Below, piece by piece: positions 1 through 12,583 of a stretch of 64,000 nucleotides of DNA. Under the pieces are notes generated by a model. The model ran no database searches, was not told the DNA's origin, and worked only from the letters and a program-made list of their open reading frames with translations. The stretch spans positions 1,922,001-1,986,000 of the forward strand of contig CDLV01000009.1 of the NCBI GenBank assembly GCA_001244265.2. Reading direction: 5' to 3'. The translations under genes and the position numbers were made by a program. Numbering within the stretch: the first letter of the stretch is position 1; every line of letters starts with the position of its first letter. The DNA comes from Microbotryum violaceum. Taxonomy: Eukaryota.

Positions 1-202
1 GGTATGCTCGACCCATAAGATAGTGCATTTTGAATCAACCCAATTAAAAGACTCCCACAAGCGCCACAGGTGTAATTTAATCCCGCCCTCTCCAGATTTT
101 GACCTCGGCCTCAGCCTGGAATCCGGACTGAGCTTGTGAGTCCGGCAAGGTCATGTCCCGACTTGGGTAACCCCAACGAAGAGCGTCACGGCCTGTGGTG
201 AC

Positions 203-641
203 CTATGGTATAGCAAAGCGGTCGATCAAAGATGATATGGAAAGATAAGGGAAAAGTCGGGACTGAGACCGAAGGCGAAGGAGACGAGAGAGAGCGACCG
301 GAACGGCCGAGAGAGAGAGAAGGGAAAGGGGAGGGGCAGAACCGAGACCGAGTACGAGAACGAAATACTGAGACTGGAGACTGGAGACTGGAGACGACGT
401 CGAACGAGAATTGAAGCACGCAGAAAGTGAGAGTCGGACAAGATTAGGTATTGGATCCTGGAAGTGGTCTGGCTAAGAATAAGAAGCAAACTCCCCTCAA
501 ACGTTCCGACCATTCAAATCGCTGCGCTCCTTTCATTCCCCTTCACACTTTCATCCGCACAGCCAGCCCGTCTCTTATTCAAATGCTGCCACATAATTCG
601 TCGCTGACAGTCAATCCTTGGTCATCAAAGTACTGAGTTTA
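203..641. repeat. Dispersed ~430-bp solo-LTR-like repeat (diverged copy)
   Basis: Shares ends (CTATGGTATAGCA ... AAAGTRCTGAGTTTA) and internal blocks with 61823-62243 and, inverted, 33680-34100. No TG..CA termini or TSD seen. Confidence 0.65.
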
Positions 642-911
642 CCCGGCAGCGCTTTATCGATGAGAAATCTGCCGAAACCGGTATTTTGATCCTGCCCGAA
701 CCAGTGTTGACCTGGACGATTTGAAATGACTCCGAAACTCGGCCCCGCTACAACCAAAATGACTCCTGAACCCGGCCCGCTACAACCGCTGCTCTCTTGA
801 AAATTTGGAATGTCGATTCCGACGGGATCCCAAGTACCACAACTCCCGCCCAGACAGGGAGGTCGTCCAGACCGACGAGCCGTGCCGAACAAAGAAACAG
901 GGGCATCTGGA

Positions 912-1630
912 CCGAAAATTACTTCTTTTCTTCCCAGCATACCTTCGAGCTTTCTCCTTCCCTCACCTGCTCAGTTCCTACGCCCATCCTTCCTGTGCAC
1001 TGTCCGCCATCGTTTCCACAGAGCGGCTCGAGTGGCGCAATATTCAGCGCAGAGCGAACCACATGAAGCTTCACAGGGTCCTAATCAAAGATCTCCAAGA
1101 CCTCAGACAATCCATCGACCAATCCTACGCTGATGCCATCACCGAGGGCCTGAAGGAGGTAGTACAGATTGTGAACTGGCAGTTCGCGGCCCTTTTTCGG
1201 CGCATCCTCTTTATCGAAGCTCAGCTAGGTATCCCTGACGACGACTTCTGCGGGGGCCAGCAACCCCGCACCCTATGGGCTCCCGAATATCAGACGTCGT
1301 CGTCATGGATACCTTGCCGAGTTTCGAGAACGAGGATGCGCCGAGAAAGAGCGGCGAACTGCAAGTCACAATCTGTACCACCTCCTTGGGGCCCTCAGTG
1401 ATGGATTTGGCGCAGGATTGGTTGATGGATTGCTGGGGGTCTTGGAGATCTTTTGACTGGGACCTTGAGAAGCTTGATGTGGTCCGCACTGCGCTGAATA
1501 TGGCGCCACTCGAGCCGCCGCTCGGTGGAAACGATAGCGGACAGTGCACAGGAAGGATGGGCGTAGGAACTGAGCAGGTGAGGGAAGGAGAAAGCTCGAA
1601 GGTATGATGGGAAGGAAAGAAGAAATTTTC
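912..1630. repeat. Long imperfect fold-back (inverted) repeat centred near 1270
   Basis: About 915-1245 is the reverse complement of about 1295-1630 (e.g. ccttcgagctttctccttccctcacctgctcagttcctacgcccatcc vs its complement near 1555-1603). A further arm copy lies at about 6400-6770. Confidence 0.85.
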
Positions 1631-1676
1631 GCTTTGGCCATCGCGCGCTTTCTCTACTCTCGGCGCCTCCCCTGGT

Positions 1677-1900
1677 TTCGGCTAGGTATCCCTGACGACG
1701 ACGTCTGGTGTTCAGGAGCCCATAGGGCGTGGAGGTTCACTGCCACAACATGCTCGTCAATTTTCCAGGCATCTCGCTCGGAAAAATTGACCAGCATCCT
1801 GATGCTTGGAAAGCTCACGAGCATGTTCTGGCAGTGAACTTGTGCGCCCTATGGGCTCCTGAACACCAGACGTTGTCGTCAGGGATCCCTAGCCGAGTTT
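1677..1900. repeat. Second fold-back repeat of the same family
   Basis: gctaggtatccctgacgacgacgtctggtgttcaggagcccatagggcg pairs with cgccctatgggctcctgaacaccagacgttgtcgtcagggatccctagc. Confidence 0.85.
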
Positions 1901-2599
1901 CGAGAACGAGGATGCGCCGAGAAAGGGCGGCGAACTGCCAGTTGACGATCTGTACCACCTCCTTGAGGCCCTCGATGATGGCATTGGCGCAGGATTGGTC
2001 GATGGATGCTTTCACGAAGGGCGAAGATAGGAGAGGTGAGGCGAACTTGAGGCGTCGAGACGAGGACAAGGGCGAGTGACGAGTTGAGAGATGTTCTAGG
2101 GACTTCTCAGAAGAGGCAAAGGCGTGGGACTAGAGCAAGGATGTGACCTTTGACGAGATTCGAGTTGCGGAAGGGAAGGAGAGAAATAAGCTACGGAAAT
2201 GGGAAAGTAGACCAGAGGAGTCGGGGACGAGGTGGCGAGCTTGAGGAGGCGAGGCACGAGGATCAGGTAAAAGTGTTGAGGCTGAGGACCACGTTAAAGA
2301 GCTTGGTTGAGGGTCACGTAAGACTCGGGGGAGAGAGGTTGTGAGTGTGTAGGAAGAGGAGAAGAAAGCAGTGCAGGTGCCGAAGCGGGGAGAGGAGGTC
2401 CGAGGCGCGGGAAGGCCGAAGTCACGCGGATGACGCGATGACGAAGGTGCTCAGAGGAGCTCCTGATCGTGGAACTTGGCGTGCGCCAGGACCGAGTTCC
2501 CCGCGGCCGCGCTCTTGTCTCTTGACCAATAGTCCGCCTACGACCTCGTCGAGCATGACTGGATCTTTGCCATCTTCGACGCTCTGGGCGCTCCACCTT

Positions 2600-3470
2600 T
2601 CTTCGCGTGCTGAGGATGCTCTACTCGGGTGACTCGACCTCGGCCCGCTACATCATCAATGGGTTCCTGACGCCGCCGGTGCGACTGACGTGTGGGCTCG
2701 GCCAAGGGGACCCGGCGTCGTCGTCGGTCTGGGACATCGTGTTTCAGCCGCTCCTGGATGCTCTACATCGTCGAAACATTGCGCTGAATCTTGCAATCCC
2801 TGCCCTGCCCTTCATCCGTACCCACAGAGCCGCGCCATTACATCACTCGCATTTGCCGATGACGTTGTCGTCGCCGTCGCGGGCTTGGAGTCACTCAACT
2901 TGCTCGATGACCTGGCGCTCGACTGGAGGCATGCAACGAATGGCCGGCTCAACACGGACAAGACGGTTTTCCTACCGATTGGATTGGACGTCGCTGGGAC
3001 CCTGGGGAACGGTCAATCGTCGTCAAGGCCGCAGGCGAGTCGCTCGAGTGGATCTGCCTCCCCTTCGACCCCAGCGGCGACACTGAACTCGCCTACGCGA
3101 CCATCTCGAGAGCCACCACCTTGACCCACTTCCGTTGCTTCACGGTCCTAACCTGATCTCACACTCGAGACTCCCTCGCACCTCGTCTCTCCCTCGTCCA
3201 CACCGACTAGCCCCGCCTAGAAGGTCTCCCTAGCCGCGAGGACCGTTCTAAGCAGCTTGGTGGTGATGGTGTGTTCGCGATCGTCTCGGAGCAGTCGGCA
3301 CGTGTTCCGCTGAGGTGCGTGTTCCCGGCGGCCGCTGCGTCGACACCGCGGGATCGCGCACGAGCGCGGCCGACCAGTGGGGCTTCTACGACGACTCTTC
3401 CAATTGCATGCACACAGGTACCGCATTCCGTCACTCATCTCTCATCTCTCGAATAACGCTCATACTGTCT
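2600..3470 (+). mobile_element. Degenerate non-LTR retrotransposon (LINE) reverse-transcriptase fragment
   Basis: Motifs YIING..., GLGQGDPAS, FADD and LNTDKT, split over frameshifted ORFs 2607-3086 and 2690-3124. Confidence 0.85.
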
Positions 3471-4322
3471 CTCATGTCGCGCGGTGAGGTATATCTTCGC
3501 CTCGTCGGACAAGTTGAACTCGACGCCGGCCAGGGCTCGCAGACTCGGACGACAGGGGCTTTGTAACTCTCAACACGAACCCAAGGGCGCGTCTCGAAAT
3601 GTGGAGACAAGAGTAAGGGGAAAAGAACGAAAATGAACAGGCTGGAAATGGGCACGTACGTAAATTGCACGTGCTAGATGTGTGTACGTAAACTGCGCTT
3701 GCTAGTTGTATACTCTGATCAAGGTGAACATGTAACAAAGAAAGAGACCAAGACCAAACGATCAGGGACCTTCGCGCGCTTGCGACCGAGGCAACGAAGG
3801 AACTTGACGGAGTGTCCCTGACGAAGGGCTTTGGCGAAGGGAACTTGACGAGGCCGTAATCTGAATGATGGCGAGTATGAGGGGAAGTGCACAAAGAAAA
3901 TGGCCGCTCCAACCGAGGACGAAAGAAGGATTCTGATGATGAGATGCTTGGTGGATAAATGTAATGACGAGTCGTGGGACGACGGTCGATGCAATCTTCG
4001 TCTTCATGCCGATCAAGTGGAGCGCGAGCAGTTCTTGGTAGCTGTTCAGGAAACGACGAGTCAGCACAACCCCATCTGTCGTTCTCGACCGCCAGACTCA
4101 AAAGCAAGACGTAACTAGAACTCGATAGTTCAAGCCACTCCAGTGGCTACATATAGCGCTGTAAGGCATCCCCTTGCACCAGCTCGCCAGTGGTGTACGA
4201 TTGTATTATGCTGCTGACTCACTGGGTTCAGATTGGCAGTCACTGCGTCGTTTTTTTTCATAGCTTGTGATCCAATCCAGATGTTTTCCAGCCTCTGAGA
4301 CTCAGGAGAGGGTGGCACGTAG

Positions 4323-4767
4323 TCAGCACACGGCGTTGGTTTCTGGCGCGAGACCAGGGTCAGCTGATGAGGTCTTAGGCCGAGGTGAGGCCGCCGAACG
4401 TTCGGCGCGAACATACGGTTGTGCAGACACGTTGAGTAGTACCCGAACCATCTACTGTTGCCACACATGCAGGATCTCATGTAATTCAAGTGGTCACGGT
4501 ACGTTGTGCCCGAAAGTGTCATCTTTAAGCAAGACCCAGTCAGCTCCCTGTGATGAACGAAAATAGTCTGCGACCCTCGATGAGCGAGGGGTCAGTCAGC
4601 TATATTCCGGCGAGCAAGGCATCGCAGATGGTTCGAGGACTAGGTTCGAAGCATATGGACACATGCTGATCCGCATAGTTTTTACAAAAAGCGTCAAAAG
4701 TCTTGGCGTTGGCTAACGAGTATAGCAATCCCAAACCCATGACGACGGCACAGCGGAGGGAAGGCAT
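4323..4767 (-). CDS. Small cysteine-rich secreted protein (91 aa, 3 exons), candidate effector
   Basis: Manual splice of exons 4767-4663, 4567-4417 and 4342-4323 with GT..AG introns and CTGAC branch points. Product is MPSLRCAVVMGLGLLYSLANA-KTFDAFC...SCMC...CLHNQTNAVC*, with a signal-peptide-like N-terminus and 6 Cys in the mature part. Confidence 0.65.
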
Positions 4768-6399
4768 GTAGAAGAGCATCGGTGATGGTGGATTGAAGGA
4801 GAGACAGGTATGAAGCAGAAGAGAGAGAGATCGCTTGCGTTGGCGCAGTTCGGTCTAGTTCGGCCTGATTTGTCAATGAATTGCCAACACCCGGGTCGCT
4901 ACCACGAACTTACGATTTTCGTTCGCACTGCTCGACATCCATTAGACTCCTCTCTGACTGTCTGTCGTATCCAGCCGCGTGCTCCCCTGCGCCGGCAAGG
5001 ACTACAAAAGCCAGACACTCCCCGCGTCGCCCCTGATTAAAGCCACATGTCTGTAAGGCCCGTGCGCCTGACCCTTAGGAAAGGAGACGCGCGCCTGGGC
5101 ACTCTTATAGTCTCTCCTCAGCGACTAACTTGTGGTGTCCAGGTGAGCCCAGGTGTATCTGAAGGCATTGTCATAGCAGCGACAAAGGTAGAGTGTCCAG
5201 TGTCAATCCTACATACTTTGGTCCTTTGATCTTTCTCGTTGTCGCTCCAGTGTGCACTCCTACGAGGTGTAATCCCTGAAGCTCGTTAGAGCTGAATGTT
5301 TCGTTTCGAAAAATGGGGGGGGGGAAAGAACTTGAACTACTATCAAATTCAGCCCATAAAATCATTGATAAAATGAAGGTGATTACAGTAGCTAGAAGGG
5401 TCCAGCCTCCATAGGAGAAAGAGCGCAATAGGGGAGCCCAATTTTAGCGCCGATCGGTTAAAACAATGCTTCCCCGGATAGGAGGACCTCGGCTATGTTG
5501 AGTGGATGCCGAAGAGGTTTCGGACTTGGGAGTAGCAACCGCTTGGGCTACTGGTGGAGCGTCGACGTGGCTACAGTGTGCGACGGACGGGCCGGGGGGG
5601 AGAAGTCGTGAGGCGGCACAGGCGCGGTCTGACGAGACGGACGCGGCGCGGCTGGACAATCTGTTCTCTACCGAAGATTAGCTGTCTGGCTAATGTTGAA
5701 AAGCGGTAGAGAAGGGGAAGAAAGGCACAGGGGCGCGCGAGTCGGGTGAGGTTCTAGTAAGGGGCCGCGCTAAGACAAACTGGGCTAACACAATGCGAAG
5801 CTTCAAGACCGAACTCCAAGCGGACCATCGAGGCTCTGAGGGGTGTCGTGTTGGACGACGTACACGAAGGGAAACTTAACTACCTTGGTCGAGTGTTGGT
5901 GAGCTGGGCACAGATCCAGGTTGCGAACGACGGGCGTCATGCATGGGCGATACGCTGGATGGCCGATGAGACATGAGGACGGTGGCGGCAAGCTAGCGGT
6001 AGCTAGGCGGAGGCAACGGCTCGGCAAGACAGGAGAGGTAGATCGACTAAGTTCCGATGTGGAGGCGGCGGCGCGCGAGCGTGAGCTGAAACAGGCTGGC
6101 GCGAGTAAGACAAGGGGGCGGCTTGGCAGCGAGGACAAAAGGCGTCCGAGGCGAGAAAAGCGCCGAGGCGAAAAGGCGGGCAAGTCCGTCAAACGGCGGT
6201 CCGGGTTGGAGTGTTCGAAGGATAGGCAGAATGCAATTCAACAGGCTAAGCGCGGATCATTGATTCTCAATGGCCAGTGGCCACCAGCCCGGTGGCTAAC
6301 CCGCCGAGCGGCGCACTCAAAGCACAGCTTGGGCGTCATCAGCCTCCTCGAGTCCCCGCGCCAAAGCGCGTCTTGAGCGCACTAGCTCAGAGGCTGAAC

Positions 6400-6775
6400 G
6401 CCGAGTGGCGAACTTCCATTTGTGACAACTGGGGCCTTGAGAAGCTTCATGTGGTCCGCACTGCGCTGAATATTGCGCCACTCGAGCCGCTCGGTGCAAA
6501 CGGTGCTGGACAGTGGACAGGGAAGGATGGGCATACAAACTGAGGAGGTGAGGGAAGGATAAAGCTCGAAGGTGTGCTGGGAAGGAAAGAAGGAATTTTC
6601 GCTTTGGCCATCGCGTTTTCTTTACTCTCGGCGCCTCCGAGTCCTTTTGTCTGTCTTCTCAACTCGGTCCAGGTGCCCCTCAGCTGTTTCTTTGTTCGGC
6701 ACGTCTCCTCGGTCGGGACGACCTCTCTGTCTGGCGGGAGTTGTGGTAGGGTCGAGTAAATGTTTCCACTCAAGG
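6400..6775 (-). repeat. Additional arm copy of the fold-back repeat family
   Basis: Matches about 1455-1670 directly and about 815-1080 inverted. Confidence 0.75.
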
Positions 6776-7094
6776 GTTTACTTCTGTTGCCTCATTTTGT
6801 CGTGCAAATCAATCGCGCGTTTGACGAGTTCGGAAGCGAGGGGTGATTGAGATATAAAAATCCAACACAACATGTCAGAAGATACCAAAAGGAGCAATAC
6901 TGAAGACCAAACGGAACCACATTTATAGGGAGGCCGCACCTCTCAAACGACAATCTCGACCAACCAGAAAACGAACGCAGCTACCAAACCGACCGTTCTT
7001 TCTGCGAGTCGAATCTCCTTCCTCGTAACTTTGACATCGGCCCCATGTCTCCCTCTTCTCCCTTGTCTATCCTCCCCGACCTCATCTATTTCAC

Positions 7095-9070
7095 TCAGTT
7101 TTTTGCCTGTGCGTCAATCTTCTGCCTCATCTCCTTCTCGACGCTCTCGGACCAGCGAATCGATTCCTCGCGGCTGAGACCGGGAACCTCGCCTTGCATT
7201 TTGGCGCTCGCATGGCGGAAGCCGAGCGGGTTGTGGTCGCTCGTGTAATCAAGGTTCGCTAAAGTATGGTTGGTAAACCTAAATCAAGCGAGGTTTTAAG
7301 TGAACAGAGGGCGGGGGTCAGAAGAGTAACTCAAAGAGTTTGGCAGGGTTTAGTTGCCAAAAGAAAAGAGTAAGTGAGCTCACCTATGTCCGGCCTCATC
7401 CGCGCGAACCTGCTTGATCAGATCCAGCATCGTCGTCTCCTCACTCGGTAACCTCCAATAGTCCAAAGCAATGCCTGGAACCTTGGTCGCTGTCTCAGGG
7501 TTACGTTTAGCGTCCCATTCGGGAATGTGGCCACGTTCGATCTCGTCAATGATTTGCGTATAGGTCAGGCACGCTTGTTCCTCGAGGCAGCCGACGAAGC
7601 GGTGCGCCGAGCGTGGAGAAATGATGTACGCCTAGACGGGAAGATGAATGCGGCGGCCTCAGTTCAAGCTGGCGAATTTGTAGAACCAAAAGATGAGTTG
7701 ACGCACCAGAAAGAAGGCATTGTAGAAAACTCCCTGAGCGCCGATGATGCAAGCTCTGAAGAAGAGCCCGGGATTTTTGATCTTCATGAACGTCTGCAGG
7801 TTGGAGCGGCCCCGTACATACTTCAGCTTCGATAGGATGATAATGAGTCTCTCCGAACCGAGTCCACTCACCATCAGATGCATGCGCCTGCGTTGAAAAA
7901 TTGAAAGATGTCAGTAGTTAGCGTAGTGAAGTGAGCTCGACTGCGCAGACTCAAGTGGCCACTCACTCATTTTCAGCCTCTTGTAGTAGCGTATTAATCC
8001 ATCCTCCATCCCTCTTCATCAACCTTAGACTCCTGAGATGCCGCAACGTCCCCGCGACCATCCCAGGTACACCGGCGATCGATTCGAGGAAGAGGATGCG
8101 GGCCATCCATTGGTCGACAGACATGACTACATCGGTATGAGACGAGTAGTCAGTAGCTGATGTTTGACTGGATCCAGTTTGTGCTTATTATGCTCACTGT
8201 AGCCTTCCTTGATGAGATTCTGCACAGAAGCATTCTCCTTGCCCGCTTTGGCCAAAGCTTTTCGCGCCGCTTCCGGTGAGGCGTGCTGGGGTGAGAATGG
8301 TAAAAGGAAACATTCTTCAGTCTACATCGCGCGCTCTCTCTCTCTCCTCGCTGATCCAGACTGTACTCACCTTGTACCCCGTGACGACATCAAACATCCT
8401 TCTTGCGAACCAGACAAGACCTGCCGCGAGCTTGTCGCCGGTGGTGATGCGAGGATGGTGCACGACCTTTACGGCGTTGACTTCCTCGGGTGAATAGACG
8501 GGGTGGGTCGCAACCCAGTCTGAATAACGTTGCATGTAAGAGTCAGTGTCCCCGGGGTGATCGGTACATCGCTAATAGCAGGGCGGAACTGACCTTCATA
8601 AGGTCGCGAGCTGGTCCATGCTTGTTTGTCTCCCGTCGGAGCGATCGACTGGACGTCTGCATTCCCACAAGACAATGGAAATATCAGTTGAAATGATGCT
8701 AGTGTGCGCGTTCCCTTTGGTCTTGCGATATGGACGTGCACGGAGCTGCCTGGCCGAGCACCGAGGTACGACCCCCACATGCCGTCACCACCACGCCAGC
8801 TCGAGCAGCGATGAACGTACCTGCGGGATGAGGCTGAAACGACGCCTCCGAGTCTTGAGACTGGTTTGATTGGGCTGGCGGAGTAGTCGTGATAGTGCGC
8901 GTAGAGGTGGTGGTGATACCGCGAGATGTCGTTCCGGCGGGCGTCGCTGCTAGCCGAGCGGTGCTCCACATGCGACGAGTCAAGTCGACCTGGCACGACG
9001 CCGTGATCGGCCCTCGAGGCAGGAAGGAGCGAGCGAGTAACAAGCATGTGGTTAGAGTGGGAATGCACAT
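7095..9070 (-). CDS. aox1: Mitochondrial alternative oxidase (multi-exon)
   Basis: Spliced exons give [40 protein letters not shown] and VRADEAGH, the AOX di-iron motifs. The N-terminus is Arg/Ser/Thr-rich like a presequence. Stop TGA at 7097-7095. Confidence 0.95.
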
Positions 9071-9193
9071 GTGTTTAAAGATGTGTCGTGAAGGTGTAGG
9101 GCAAGAGAACGAGAGAGGAAAAGAGATCGATCAAGACCCGAAGAGCATACGGCTCGGGCGCGCTCTAGCCAGCACCGAGGCGCGAGCTTGCTT

Positions 9194-9423
9194 CCGAAAC
9201 CAACCGAGCGCGACGGACGGTTGCGCGCGACTTGCTCCGGAATCGATCAAACGGCTTGGGAAAATGATCCTACACGCTGAACACCACAAGTCACGAGACC
9301 ATGCAGCAATTCGGGTGATGTCATGGTTACTGAACTCGCTCGTGCTGTACTTTCCGAGGGATTGGTGACCTGAAACGGTCCGAAACTCCCAGCTCGACTC
9401 GGAGTCAAATCCGAGTCGATCCG
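9194..9423 (-). promoter_or_regulatory. Two CGG-N7-CGG motifs upstream of AOX (AIM-like)
   Basis: The plus strand has ccgaaaccaaccg at 9194-9206 and ccgagtcgatccg at 9411-9423, about 125 and 340 bp upstream of the AOX ATG. Confidence 0.4.
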
Positions 9424-10902
9424 GGCCCGCGAGTTTGTGCCCCCTATCGGCCAGGACCTCGCGCGTTTCAGGCCGGATTGGCCCGACTTGAAAGCTCACT
9501 TGAGAGCGGGGCCATCTGCCTTCTTTGGCATGATCCAGTATTGTGGGAGCTAGGAACGCTACGACATTGCCAAGAGTCTCACTTGCTCACGGTGAGGCCC
9601 CACCAGATACGGCGCAGAACTCCGGTCTCGGATGCCAGAAACCACTCGGCAGCCGCGCCACCTTGCGCCACTTAGGCCACTGCGGCAAGTCTTTCGATTG
9701 CCGGAAGCTTTGGATTTCAACGTGACTAGACTGGGAAAATTGGTGAGAGAGAGAAAAAGAAAGAGTAACAAAATAATTGACTAACGACAAGAGACCCACC
9801 CCGCCGTCAGGCACTGTCCGGTCAAGGTAGCCTACAGCACAACAGCGTGGAAGTTACACAAGGATGCCGCCTCGGCCGCGCCGGCTGATCCTGGGCTCTA
9901 TCACTAGCTCACCTTCTTTCTTGGTCACATCAACGGACATACAAGAACTCGAAGCGGGTAAACATGATGTGATCCAAGGCTATACTGCCTACTTGGCTTT
10001 TGTAGACGATCGAGCTAGGACTGATGCATGAGTCAAAGTGCGTTGACAAATCTTAGAACGGGCGGAATTTTCGCGAAGAAATGTGTTGCTGCGTTTTTTC
10101 GAGGAAGCACTGGCAGGAGCCTCGAAATCAGCACCGCGCTTAGACCAAAGACGCTTCCACTTACTACTTTGTCAGCTTGATATTGGATATTAAGACAGCT
10201 TGCACTGTGATGATGAAATGCCTATTGGATGTTGAGTTGCTGCTTCGATGGCCGGGGTTCGACGAGCGCCGAAGTCAGCACGTGACTTTGCCTGCGTCGA
10301 CGCGCGTGTACACAAGGGGGCGAACGCGTGGGGGCGCGCTGCGATGCTGAGGCGCCGCCGGTCCGAGCGGGTCCGTGCGTTTGTTGCCCCTAGGGGTCGA
10401 GTAGATCGAAGCCTTCACACGCTCATCGCTTCGTGCTCGTCTCCTATCGGCTTCGTTGGTTGCATCCTTTGTTCCCATCCTCTCTGGGGTGAAGGACGCC
10501 TATCACGCTTCGTCACACCTCGACGTCTCGGTGCGACTCACATCTCCCCTCCCCCGGTCGACCCAACGCCCTCACTCGTACCAACGTGTACACACGCGTG
10601 CCGTCACAAGTCATCGACCTCGTTCACAACCATTCCCGCGACCCAACCGCACCGGACATTATATCACCGACCTCGTCCATCCTGGCACGCGCATTCATCC
10701 AGCGCTCGGCAGCCTGTTACTTTCACTCGGTCTCGCTTACATCTTGTAGCCTCATCCCCCTGACCCAGGCACGACCTCGCTCGAGCGAGCGCTTCCCCAC
10801 CTGCGACGCTGCGAGGAATCCAGCCTCAGCAGGCTGACAACAGCACGAGTTGCGAGCACTTCCATCGGATCTTCAGCACTACAACACAGAGCAGGCACGT
10901 GT

Positions 10903-12583
10903 ATGACCACAACGCTCGCATCTATGACTTCAAGGGGGGCTTTCGATGACCCGAAGGCGCGCTTTGAAGCACGTGAGGAGACCAAGTTGGCCATGATCGA
11001 CCTTGACGACGGCGATCCGCTCGACTCTCTGATTCTGAGGACGTCACAGTCAGTAGATTCAAGATTGAGCTGGTCCATGTTATAAGGATGACTGACCTCG
11101 CAGTGCTCGGAATCTATCCAGGATCCTCGAGACGTCGCGATCGCTCCTCGCGTCCACACGATCGACACGAAGGGCGATCGAACGCATATGCGGCCTTAGC
11201 GACGACTCGATCCACAAGCCCACAAGCCCAGATCTACGACCCATCTTTGAACGCTTCAGCATGACCGAATCGGACCTGAGCCATCTGGGTAATCACGTCG
11301 AAGCGTTCGCGCTGCATGGATTGTCGTCCGCTTCGTCGACACTGCACCGTCGTATTGACTCGAAGGCTTTGTTGATGCTTCCCTCCAACCCAACCAGCTC
11401 CTCCGGGGGAGTCAAACTCGACGGAACTGGGTCTTTGACGTCGGTCGAATCCCTGAGAAGCAAGCTGCAGGCTCCCAAGGTATCGACGGAGGAAGGGGAC
11501 GGGCTGCAGGGCTTACCCGACTGGACTCAGGATCGACGGTCCACATTCGATAGGGGCCGAAGCCCAATCTTGGCTGTTACGAATGCACGGAAATCTTCAC
11601 CCACACCCGAGCTTCCATCCGCCCCTATCTCCTCCACACTGCCCTCTCGTGCCTCGGCGCTCCTTCGCACAATCTCGTCTTCGCCTTCAATATCGTCCTT
11701 CGCCCAGTCTCGACCCAGTCTTGCTTCGACATCATTGAAGACGTCGGCGGATCGACCATGGTCACCCCCAAACACGGACCCGGTTGAATCACCCACCTCA
11801 TCCACCGACAACTTGTTCTCCTTCTCCCCAGGTTCACCCACCTCGACGGCACCGTCATCGCTCGCCGACGCTTCGTTCGAATGGGAATCGTACTCGCCCT
11901 TGCCACCTTGCGCATCTTCAGATCTCCACGGCTCACCTCGACTAGGCCACCTGGACGAATACGACTGCCGTCCGACAACGCCTTCGCCCCTCGGCCGAAG
12001 GACCATGAACACCCGATCACTAAACTCGAACGAGGTGTCCCCCTTCGCCACTCCGACCCGAGCAAACACGTATCAAATCCGCCTCATCGCCGACTCCCCC
12101 GCCTCCATCTCAATATCCGACACATCATTCTCTCCCGGTCCTGTCCGGTCTACAAGCCCTTCACCCGTTCCCCAAGCAGAAAGGGAAGAGAACGAGCTCC
12201 TTCCCGAACTGCTGGTCCGTCCGTCCCTAACGACGCACCACCGACGCCGTTCTTCCAGCGTTTCCCTCCGCCTCCCCGACTCAGCAAATCGCATCCATTC
12301 CAAAACAGCTATGGCGAGTCTCACGCGCGACAGTTCTATGATCTTCGCTGAGCCTCATCAGAACGAAGGAGGAAGGGGTGGGGATCGTTCGACGACGAAA
12401 GGTCATCAGCGGAACGAGAGTGGGGCGATGAGGAAGTTGTTAGAACAGCAGGAACGGTTGGGCGTTGGGAACTCGGCGACCTTAGCCAAAGATGGACATG
12501 GAGGGAGTGGAGCTGGGGCGGGCGGGAAGGGGTGGTGGGGGTATTGGAATCTGACGAGTGGGACTACGGATCAGCGGTCGTAG
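10903..12583 (+). CDS. Hypothetical Ser/Pro-rich, largely disordered protein (at least 2 exons)
   Basis: The 440-aa ORF extends upstream in frame to an acceptor at 11103 (ctgac..cgcag), which is phase-compatible with the exon starting at ATG 10903. Confidence 0.7.

Noticed and set aside
3560..4120. Possible solo LTR (shares GTGCTAGATGT with the Copia LTR)
   Set aside because: Could not define termini, a TSD or a second copy.
5050..6240. Short minus-strand ORFs, possibly a membrane-anchored enzyme fragment and a LINE ORF1 piece
   Set aside because: Fragmented, with no diagnostic motif.
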